36,605 nt of DNA. Origin: a virus. Its lineage: Duplodnaviria; Caudoviricetes. Positions 15,844 to 24,500 of this stretch are shown here, in pieces. The stretch is taken from positions 1-36,605 of IMG/VR virus record IMGVR_UViG_3300006105_000054; one strand, written 5' to 3'. The translations under genes were made by a program, and so were the position numbers. The notes under the pieces were generated by a model that worked only from the letters and a program-made list of their open reading frames with translations, had not been told where the DNA came from and made no database searches. Each line of letters opens with the position of its first letter. Within the stretch, counting starts at the first letter, position 1.

Positions 15844-16630
15844 TATCTTCTCTTTTCTGTTTGTTGGAAATCAGCCATGTGCTGACGAGCCATTGCTATC
15901 GTGCCGAGCATGGCACAGTCGGTCGGGCTTGCCCCGACACCGACTGACGCCAAATGCGAGGGTAGTTTCTGCTAGGACAGTCCACCTATGGACTCACGGC
16001 AATTACCGTCAAGGACAGGTTGTTGTTGAAGTTCTGATGCAATTCGCTTGCGAATTCAGCAGAAGTTCTACAGACAGTCGCATGGCGCGCCAGCGACAGG
16101 CGATGCTCTGGGACTGACAACCTTGACGGGGCAGAAACCCCGATACAATGGGGCGGACAGCACCCCCACCGCACCACTGTGTTGCCAAGGTAAAAACATT
16201 TTTTAACTGGCAAGGGAAAAACAGTTTAATGACTGGGCGCAGGAGACCAAGTGTGCTTGGGAGACTGCTGCCCTGAACAGGGACACTGCTATACAGGTAC
16301 TCCTGTCTGGGTCTTTGACCCAGCGGTTATTAAACTGACGCAGTCTGCAAGATTGAATGTCTGACTGAAATCTTTTGTCAGTATAGTGACACAGTACTGT
16401 CCTAGTATGTCCGGTTTTGTCCTGATTTCCGCGCAAGGATTTTCCTCGTTGAGGAAAATACTTCTGTTCGAAACGTTCGTTTCGACTGTTTGAACGGATT
16501 ATATATAGTAGAGCAGTACTGCTACAGAACAGTATTCGCAGGCTTTTATATAGCCTGCTCATACTGTTACAGAACAGTAACTGTACAGACAGCCTGTAGC
16601 TGGATAGAGGTGGATAGACTAGGGGACACG
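15844..16630. promoter_or_regulatory. Divergent non-coding control region (candidate genome end/packaging site, origin, promoters)
   Basis: No credible ORF; many inverted repeats (16006-16014/16121-16129, 16041-16056, 16439-16459, 16468-16485) and direct repeats; lies between the divergent arms. Confidence 0.65.
16502..16579. repeat. Direct repeat TATATAG-N8-TACTGYTACAGAACAGTA, 45-bp period, two copies
   Basis: Copies at 16502-16534 and 16547-16579; the 18-bp core is itself an inverted repeat (TACTGTT-N4-AACAGTA, one mismatch in the first copy). Confidence 0.8.
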
Positions 16631-18526
16631 GTGGCGGGAAAAGGATTCGGCACGGGTGAAGACCACTTCAAGGTCAAGGCACTACGTGAGGCAAAGGACA
16701 AGGTCCTAGACCTAGTGTCTAAGGGGGCAACCACCCACCAAGCGATGACTGCCGTGGGAAAGAAGCCCGACACTATTAGGCAGTGGATGCTGCGTGACTC
16801 CGAGTTCGCCTCCGCTTTGGCTGAGGCTAAAGAACGAGGAGAGGCTGTAGGCTTCGACGAGCTGGGCAAGTCTAAAGAAGAACTTTACTTTTCAGAATTT
16901 TCAAAAATATTTTTAGGGCAGCAAGTCTTCCCCCATCATCAAGACTGGGTAGACCTGTTAGAGGGACGGGAACCCTCTTGGCTGCACCCGAGCATGATAT
17001 ACGAGCCAGCAGAGCGACACCGCTTGTTGGTCAACGTACCGCCGGAGCATGCCAAGTCCACCGTGATTACGGTGAACTACAGCACCTACCGTATTGCCCT
17101 CGACCCCAATGTTCGAATCATCGTCGTTTCGAAGACACTCGTAAAGGCACGAGAGTTCGTGTACGCAATCAAGCAACGTCTATCGCACCCGCGCTGGCTC
17201 AAACTCCAGAATGCCTACGCTCCAGAGGGTGGCTGGGAGAAAGACGCTGACACTTGGCGAACTGATACAGTGTACCTCGGGGGTGATGCGCGTAACTCCA
17301 GCGAGAAAGACCCAACCCTCCAAGCACTAGGTATGGGTGGACAGATTTACGGCGCACGTGCCGACCTGATTATTCTTGATGACTGCATTACCACAGCCAA
17401 CGCCCATGAGTGGGAGAAGCAAATCAACTGGTTGCAGAAGGAAGTTATCACCCGTCTAGGTAAGAATGGCAAGTTACTCGTAGTGGGGACACGAATTGCA
17501 GCTAACGACCTTTACAAAGAACTCCGCAATCCTAAACATTGGTCGGGCGGTCGTTCGCCCTTTACGTACATGGGTATGCCTGCCGTGTTGGAGTATGCGG
17601 ATAAACCAGAAGACTGGACGACTCTTTGGGCGCAGTCAGATGTTCCTTGGGACGGGGACGAAGATGTGCCCGACAAAGACGGCTTTTATCCGAAATGGGA
17701 TGGAGCAGCTCTTTTCAAGCGGCGAAGCGAAGTTACTCCAAGTACGTGGGCACTCGTTTATCAACAGGAAGACATTCAAGAAGACTCCGTCTTCCCCCCA
17801 GCGCTGGTTGCCGGAAGTACAAACGGGGCTCGAAGAACCGGAGTTCTACGTCCGGGAGCGGTAGGACATCCCAACCATGTCGAGGGGTACACCATCATTG
17901 GTGTGGACCCAGCAACGGCAGGTAAAGCAGCGTTCGTAGTTCTTAACTACAACCGAGCTGATGGTCGGATGTATGTGCTCGACTGTGTCAACATGTCGGA
18001 GCCCAGCTACCAAAAGATTATTAACATGGTCCGTGAGCTAGTAGACAAGTACAAGCCTAATGAAGTTCGTATTGAAATCAACGCGTTCCAGAAAGCCTTC
18101 GAGCTCGACAACGACTTCCGCCAGTGGCTTGCTGGATACGGTGTACGGCTTGATTCTCAGTTTACAGGCAAGAACAAATGGGATACCAACTTCGGAGTTT
18201 CCTCCATGTCAACCCTGTTTGGTACCACCCGAGACGGACGACACGAAAAGAACAACCTCCTAGAGTTGCCATCCAGTGATGGCTCCGAAGGAGTCAAGGC
18301 TCTCATTCAGCAGTTGCTGACGTGGAGACCTGACAGCAAGGGAGCCACTGACTGTGTCATGGCTTTATGGTTCACCGTCATCCGTGCCCGTGAGCTGATT
18401 CAAAAGAATACGAACGTGACGCCCTACATGTCTAACCGGTGGGCTACACGCTCACAGATGGAAAGAAGAACCGCAATCAACCTTGACGAAGCTTTCGCTT
18501 CTCAATGGTCCGAGAGATTTGGATAA
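16631..18526 (+). CDS. terL: Terminase large subunit with N-terminal HTH domain
   Basis: Walker A variant VPPEHAKST, G.RADLIILDD Walker B, YQQ, nuclease GVDPA and D..MALW; GTG at 16631 follows SD AGGGG (preferred over TTG 16490). Confidence 0.92.
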   Translation: MAGKGFGTGEDHFKVKALREAKDKVLDLVSKGATTHQAMTAVGKKPDTIRQWMLRDSEFASALAEAKERGEAVGFDELGKSKEELYFSEFSKIFLGQQVFPHHQDWVDLLEGREPSWLHPSMIYEPAERHRLLVNVPPEHAKSTVITVNYSTYRIALDPNVRIIVVSKTLVKAREFVYAIKQRLSHPRWLKLQNAYAPEGGWEKDADTWRTDTVYLGGDARNSSEKDPTLQALGMGGQIYGARADLIILDDCITTANAHEWEKQINWLQKEVITRLGKNGKLLVVGTRIAANDLYKELRNPKHWSGGRSPFTYMGMPAVLEYADKPEDWTTLWAQSDVPWDGDEDVPDKDGFYPKWDGAALFKRRSEVTPSTWALVYQQEDIQEDSVFPPALVAGSTNGARRTGVLRPGAVGHPNHVEGYTIIGVDPATAGKAAFVVLNYNRADGRMYVLDCVNMSEPSYQKIINMVRELVDKYKPNEVRIEINAFQKAFELDNDFRQWLAGYGVRLDSQFTGKNKWDTNFGVSSMSTLFGTTRDGRHEKNNLLELPSSDGSEGVKALIQQLLTWRPDSKGATDCVMALWFTVIRARELIQKNTNVTPYMSNRWATRSQMERRTAINLDEAFASQWSERFG

Positions 18527-18528
18527 TC

Positions 18529-18786
18529 ATGGCAGATAACGCAAGCGGAGTTCTTGGCGGACAACACGCCGGTGGACACTCAGACGTATTTGAAAACTTT
18601 AAGAAGAGCTCAGCTCAAACGCTGTCAACACCTATGGGTGGAGCCCATGGTCAGATTGACTACAGCGTAGACCTTAGCCAAGCTAAGAAGGTCACACCAG
18701 AGTGGACAGCACAACAGAACGCACGACGCTCTTCTCGTCTTGCTGCACAAGCTGCTAGCGCAGCCGCTCGTAAATCTGGCAAGTAA
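18529..18786 (+). CDS. Small hypothetical protein between terminase and portal
   Basis: ATG 2 nt after the terL stop; Gly-rich N-terminus and basic C-terminus. Confidence 0.65.
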   Translation: MADNASGVLGGQHAGGHSDVFENFKKSSAQTLSTPMGGAHGQIDYSVDLSQAKKVTPEWTAQQNARRSSRLAAQAASAAARKSGK

Positions 18787-18806
18787 TTAACTTTAAGGAC
18801 TGACTA

Positions 18807-20618
18807 ATGCTGACAATGCCGCAAATCATTAACCGCGTTCAGGCGCTGCGTTACCGTAGCACCTCGCGGGATATGCGTAACGGTGATGTCCAAATGGTAC
18901 GTCAGGGTAAAATCTCACAGGTTTACCCTAACTTCTTCCCAGATGGTATCGACCAGAACGTAGTAGCAAACTTCATCGACATCGTCGCTCGCGACCTTGC
19001 CGAGATGATTGCTCCGCTGCCTGCCATCAACTGCTCTGCCGTTAACCAAACGTCAGACCGTGCCCGTCAGTTCGCTGACAAGCGCACACGCATTGCCGCT
19101 AACTACTTCCGTCATTCGGATATGGAAGTCGCAATGTACTCAGGTGCCGATATGTACCTGACCTATGGATTCCTCCCATTCATTATTGAACTGGATGAGG
19201 AAGCAAAGCTGCCACGCATCAGACTAGAAAATCCAATAGGGGCTTACCCCGAGTTTGACCGCTACGGACGATGCATTTGCTTTGTCAAGCGTTACTCTAT
19301 GACGCTAGGTGAACTGGTGGCACAGTTCCCTGATTACGAGAAGCAGATTCTCGGTCCTGCCGGATACAAGCAAGACATGAACGGCATGATTGAGATGGTC
19401 CGCTATTACGACAAGGACCAGTCTGTTCTCTTCCTCCCATCTCGCAACCACTTTGTGTTGTCTCAAGCAGCCAACCCAATGGGCAAGATGATGGTAGTTA
19501 TCGCCAAGCGACCAAGCGTTGATGGCGAACTTCATGGACAGTTCGACGATGTGTTGGGCATTCAGTTGCTCCGTAACCGATTCGCTCTGCTTGCTATGGA
19601 AGCAGCTGAGAAATCCGTTCAGTCACCAATCGTTCTGCCTAACGATGTACAAGAACTACAACTTGGTGGAGATGCGGTTATTCGTACCGCTAACCCTGCT
19701 GGTGTACGCCGTGTAGAACTGACGCTTCCACAAGGCGCGTTCAATGAGCAGGCTTTGCTCAATGATGAACTACGTACAGGAGCTCGTTATCCTGAAGCCC
19801 GTTCGGGCAACATGAAGGCATCTATTGTTACTGGTGCCGGTGTCGAAGCCCTGATGGGTTCATTTGATTCTCAAATCAAAGCGGCACAAACAATATTCAC
19901 CACCGCGCTACGTGATGTTATTTCTCTCTGCTTTGAGGTAGATGAGAAACTCTTTGACGAAGAGAAGACAATTCGTGGTGTCGATGCTGGTTCCCCATAC
20001 GCTATTACATACTTGCCACGCAAGGACATCAAGGGAGACTACTCCGCAGATGTTCGCTACGGCATGCTCGCTGGTCTCAACCCAGCGCAAGGACTAATCT
20101 TCATGCTCCAAGCACTTGGTGGAAAGCTTATCTCCAAGGACTTGGCTATGCGTGAATTGCCATTCAATGTCAACGTGACCTTGGAACAAGAGAAGATTGA
20201 GACCGAAGACCTACGCACATCGTTGATGGGTGCTATTCAGGCATACACCCAAGCGATTCCGCAGATGGCAGCACAGGGTCAAGACCCTACGGACATCATC
20301 AAGAAAATCTCTACCGTTATCCAGAAGCGTCAAAAGGGTGAAGCCCTTGAAGATGTCATGCTGGAAGTGTTCCAACCAGAGAATCCTCCTGCTGGAGCAC
20401 AACAATCGGTTGAGCAGCCGTCCGTCCCTTCTGCTCCCGGTGCCCCAGTAGGAGGCTCACAACCTCAAGGTGGACCCGAAGGGCAACAAAACCCCGAGGA
20501 ACAAGGCGCAGGTATCACAACACCTCGACCAGAATTAGAAAGTTTGCTCTCCAGCATGAACGTGTCTGGAAAGGGTAATGCAAGCGTAAGGACAATCAAC
20601 CGCCGCGTAGTGGGATAG
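18807..20618 (+). CDS. Portal protein
   Basis: 603 aa after terminase, N.I...ARD.AE motif, helical body, Q/P-rich disordered C-terminus; inferred from size, position and composition. Confidence 0.8.
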   Translation: MLTMPQIINRVQALRYRSTSRDMRNGDVQMVRQGKISQVYPNFFPDGIDQNVVANFIDIVARDLAEMIAPLPAINCSAVNQTSDRARQFADKRTRIAANYFRHSDMEVAMYSGADMYLTYGFLPFIIELDEEAKLPRIRLENPIGAYPEFDRYGRCICFVKRYSMTLGELVAQFPDYEKQILGPAGYKQDMNGMIEMVRYYDKDQSVLFLPSRNHFVLSQAANPMGKMMVVIAKRPSVDGELHGQFDDVLGIQLLRNRFALLAMEAAEKSVQSPIVLPNDVQELQLGGDAVIRTANPAGVRRVELTLPQGAFNEQALLNDELRTGARYPEARSGNMKASIVTGAGVEALMGSFDSQIKAAQTIFTTALRDVISLCFEVDEKLFDEEKTIRGVDAGSPYAITYLPRKDIKGDYSADVRYGMLAGLNPAQGLIFMLQALGGKLISKDLAMRELPFNVNVTLEQEKIETEDLRTSLMGAIQAYTQAIPQMAAQGQDPTDIIKKISTVIQKRQKGEALEDVMLEVFQPENPPAGAQQSVEQPSVPSAPGAPVGGSQPQGGPEGQQNPEEQGAGITTPRPELESLLSSMNVSGKGNASVRTINRRVVG

Positions 20619-20622
20619 GGAC

Positions 20623-21153
20623 ATGACAACGATTATCGGTATAGAAATTGAGAAGGGCGCTCAGATTCTTGCAGATAGTCAGGTCACTGACGATAGCGGC
20701 AAGATGTTCAGTCATCCAAGTATGACAAAGATTAACCATCGTGGTGCATTTATCATTGCTGGTGCAGGAGAAATCCTGCCTTGTGATGTTATCCAGCACA
20801 TCTGGGACCCACCACGGTTGATGGCGAAAGACAAGCAAGACCTTTACCACTTCATGGTAGTCAAAGTAATCCCTTCCATGCGCAAGTGCTTGAAGGATAA
20901 CGGTTACAACTTTGATGAACAAGGCAGTGAGCGGTTCCAATTCCTCGTCGCAGTAGGCGGAGAGTTGTTTGAACTGGATGAAGACCTTGGTATCACTAAG
21001 TCTGATACTGGACATTACGCCATTGGCTCTGGAGCACCATACGCATTAGGTGCTCTAGCAATGGGAGCAGATGTTTTCGAAGCAATGGAAGTAGCAGCAA
21101 AGCTTACAGCTTTTACTGCACCACCATACACAACAGCATTTCAATCTAAGTAG
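20623..21153 (+). CDS. HslV / proteasome-beta-like Ntn threonine protease
   Basis: M-T-T N-terminus, Asp at mature position 17 (ADSQ), Lys near 35, AGAG and YAIGSG..YA.GAL motifs. Confidence 0.85.
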   Translation: MTTIIGIEIEKGAQILADSQVTDDSGKMFSHPSMTKINHRGAFIIAGAGEILPCDVIQHIWDPPRLMAKDKQDLYHFMVVKVIPSMRKCLKDNGYNFDEQGSERFQFLVAVGGELFELDEDLGITKSDTGHYAIGSGAPYALGALAMGADVFEAMEVAAKLTAFTAPPYTTAFQSK

Positions 21154-21161
21154 GAGGATAC

Positions 21162-21593
21162 ATGGCAGACGCAAGAGGCGGTTATCGCCAGCCAAGTAAT
21201 CCAGCTCCTGTATCAGGACCGGGTGCTCTGTCTCGCCGTACTGACGGCGGACCCATGGACGGAATGACACCACCCGCTCCTACTCAAGGAGCCAAGTACA
21301 TGCCCGGAATGGGCTATGGTCAGGGCGGAAATATGCAACAGCAACAGGGTGCTCCCCTTGCTGGTGCACCAACACCACCCGTTCCTCCTGCTGTACCTCT
21401 AGCTGCGCCTACAATGCGCCCTAACGAGCCTGTAACCACTGGCATCAACTCTGGTCCAGGTGCTGGCTCTGAGGTCTTACAGACCCCTTCAGGGGCTCAA
21501 TCACCTTCTATGACTATTAAGCGCCTTGCCCAGACCGACCCTACAGGAGACTCAGAACTTATCTACCGTGCCTTGGTTGATAGAGGTCTCTAG
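21162..21593 (+). CDS. Pro/Gly-rich low-complexity virion-associated protein
   Basis: Strong SD AGGAGG; PAPVSGPGALSRRTDGG motif; located in the head module. Confidence 0.7.
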   Translation: MADARGGYRQPSNPAPVSGPGALSRRTDGGPMDGMTPPAPTQGAKYMPGMGYGQGGNMQQQQGAPLAGAPTPPVPPAVPLAAPTMRPNEPVTTGINSGPGAGSEVLQTPSGAQSPSMTIKRLAQTDPTGDSELIYRALVDRGL

Positions 21594-24500
21594 TGTCGCT
21601 AGTTAATCCGCTTACACCTAACAATGGTCTTAGTGCTCAGACGGCTGTAGCCGCTCCGTCTCTATATGCAGCTGCTTCTAGCCTGCCACTAAACCAGAAT
21701 CAAGCGACTCAGATTAACAACATCTCCTCTGTTGTGGGATTGAACCAGCAACTGGCAGGTCTTTCAGCTCAAGATGCTCAGAAGAAGTACCAACAGCTGG
21801 ACCCACAGGTACAACAGCAACTTAAATCTTTCTATGGCGAAGCGCCATACATGCAACAGGGACAAAAAAACTTCTTCGTTCGTGCTGCTGGTGATGTACT
21901 AGGTGCAGTAGTCAGCCCGTTCAAGGCTGCTTTTAAGACTCTTGGCGATTACGGCAAGGTTATTAACGTACCGTACCTTCTCGGTCGCGAGATGACGCAG
22001 GGTGACCCACTCTCATGGAAGTCTTTGAAGACTGCATGGGACGGAACTGAAGTCTATGACAACGGCTCTCTTGCTCAATTGCACAAAAAGTACGGTGACA
22101 CCGATACCTTTGTTGCCATGAATACCCTTGATGGGTTAACTCCCGGCAAGATTATTGAAAAGTACGGCACAGTTAATAGCGATATTCTTGGCTCCATTGC
22201 CAAGATGATGGACAAGCCATCTGAGTTTAACTCTATGCTCAACGACTTCAAGGCTGCTCAAGTCTCTCCCGGTCGTGACCTTGCCCGTGTTATGTTTAGC
22301 GCACAACCAACGGACAACAAACTGCATAGCGGTTTTGGTTTTCGTATGTTGTCAGGCACTCTTGATGCTGCCTATGAAATTTTGCATGACCCACTAACGT
22401 GGTTGACTGGCGGCACCGACCGCGCAGTGATGGCTTCTGAGAAGCTAGGCAATGCTTTGGCTGCAGGAACCAAGACAGTTGAAGAAGCCTTTGCACGCGG
22501 TGATGTTCGCCGTACATGGGACAACGTGGCTGGTCCGCTTATCGAGAAGCTGGCAGGAGCTCGCGAAGCTGGCGACGTTCAGGCAGCAGCTACAGCTCGT
22601 AACGCTATTAAGACTCAGCTTCCAGCTATGAGCAATGACAACTTGCTCAATGAATTTGCTAGCGCAAAGCTGTTCAACGCAGATGCTGCAAAGAATTATT
22701 TCAGCAAAGCTGAGCCAATGACTAAGTTACTGGCTGGTAGCACAGACTCTACCGAGTTCTTCCGCACTGGTGTGCCTATCGCTAAGCGTACACACGAACT
22801 TACTTCATGGGTAAACGCTACAGCAAGCAAAGTTTTCAACGGTACAGCTACTGAAGAAGAAGCCAACAAGTTCCCAGAACTCATGAATGATATTCATGGC
22901 ATTGGTTCTGACCGTAATCAACTTTTTACTGAAGGTATTTTCAACGCGGACCCTATGCGTCCGCTGACTACTCAAGGTTTGACAGACCAGACACAGCAAC
23001 TTGCTAGCACTCGGTTGAAGATTGGTCGCTTCATGGCACGCTTCCCGGGCAATACACCTATCGGTGTCTTTGATGAGCAGGTAGATAAGTCCATGCCCGC
23101 ACTACGCGGTCTTGGTCGTTTGATTTACCCTAAGACATTTGCTGATTACTTTGCTGAGGCGTACCGCCAGTCGGTACCAGCAGACCGTGTCATCCTTCTT
23201 CGTGGTTTGTACACACAAATCATGCACAACATGGGCTTGCACGCTACCGAACAAGGTCAGACTCTTATGGAGAACATCCTTAAGGACAAGTTTGGTGACC
23301 AAGTTGGGTACATGAACCAAGCAAAGATTGGTGTACCGGGACAGTTTAAGGACGAATTGCGTTCAGGTGGCATTGTTCCTGAGACAGCAGACACCAAAGC
23401 GGATGGTGAGTTCCAGTATTACCACGGTGGACCTATCCACAACTACCAACCAACCACAGTTATTGGTTCGTTGCCATGGGGTCAGCTCTCCGATTACGGT
23501 TTGTACATTGGCAAAAACGCCCGTGCGCGTGAAATCATCCAGTCATCTGGTGCTCACACCGCTCGAGCCGTTGCTCGCAAGGGTGTGAACCAATGGTCAT
23601 GGTTGACTCTGTTCCCACGCCTAGGTATCCGTGCTTCGCTAGACGAAGCTATGTTCTATAGCCTATCTGCACAGGGACGAGACCTGTATCACTGGGGACT
23701 TGGTAAGAATATTGGCAAAGTAGTTACCGCATTTACTGGTGATGAAAAGCAAATCCCTCCAGTCAAGCGTGCTATTCTCAACTGGTTGGACAAGAATCCA
23801 GCAAAAGCTTTAGAAGATGCCGACCGCGTTAAAACAATGAACATTAACGGCGAGGAACGCTTCATTCTTGATGACAAAGAGAACATTGTCAAGAATCTTC
23901 AGAACTACCTTGAAGGCGTATTGCCTAAGGGCAAAGCAGTTGTTGATGAAGAACACCAACGTGTGACTTATCCACATCAGGAAAAGCTGATTAACTGGGT
24001 AACACAGATGTTGGTACACACCGATGGTGCTGTCTCTAACGCACTTATCAACTCTTCGATTGGCAAGTCTTCTATCGAAGCACTCAATGGTGGAGATTTC
24101 TCTTACGACCTGACAAGCAAGTCTGCTCTTACCCGAGCTATGAAAGAATTAGGCTTCACGTCTAAGGGTAAGTACGACATGATAGAAGCTAATACCCTTG
24201 ATGCCATCCATGGTTCCTATGTAGCCATGGCTCACTTCAAGAACTTCTACCTTCGCTTCCTCCGTAATGCTATGAACTACGGACCTAAGGGCACCTACGA
24301 GCACTACTTCAACCCTGCCGAGATATTCTTTAACCACCGCGGTGGTATCGCTGAGGGTGACCTGACCAAGATGGTGGATGAATCCCTAGGTAAGCTAAGT
24401 GTAGACACCACCAAGATGGAAGTCACCAAGCCTGACATTCTCGAGAAGTTCCTTCAGGGTTCTAACCAGTGGGGTGTAGACAAAGCTGCAGGAGTACCCC

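Noticed and set aside
16123-16149. Sigma-70-like promoter TTGACG...TACAAT
   Set aside because: Spacer is only 15 nt and the -35 is part of an inverted repeat; not supportable without TSS data
16468-16485. Possible actinobacterial LexA box
   Set aside because: TCGAAAC-N4-GTTTCGA has an extra base in each arm versus TCGAAC-N4-GTTCGA, and no lysogeny genes are present
15893-16562. Short ORFs in the control region (15893-16117, 15986-16213, 16203-16562)
   Set aside because: No convincing SD, atypical composition, and they overlap dense inverted repeats
16490-16630. N-terminal extension of terminase with repeated YCYRTV peptide
   Set aside because: It is the translation of the palindromic DNA repeat; the TTG lacks an SD whereas GTG 16631 has one
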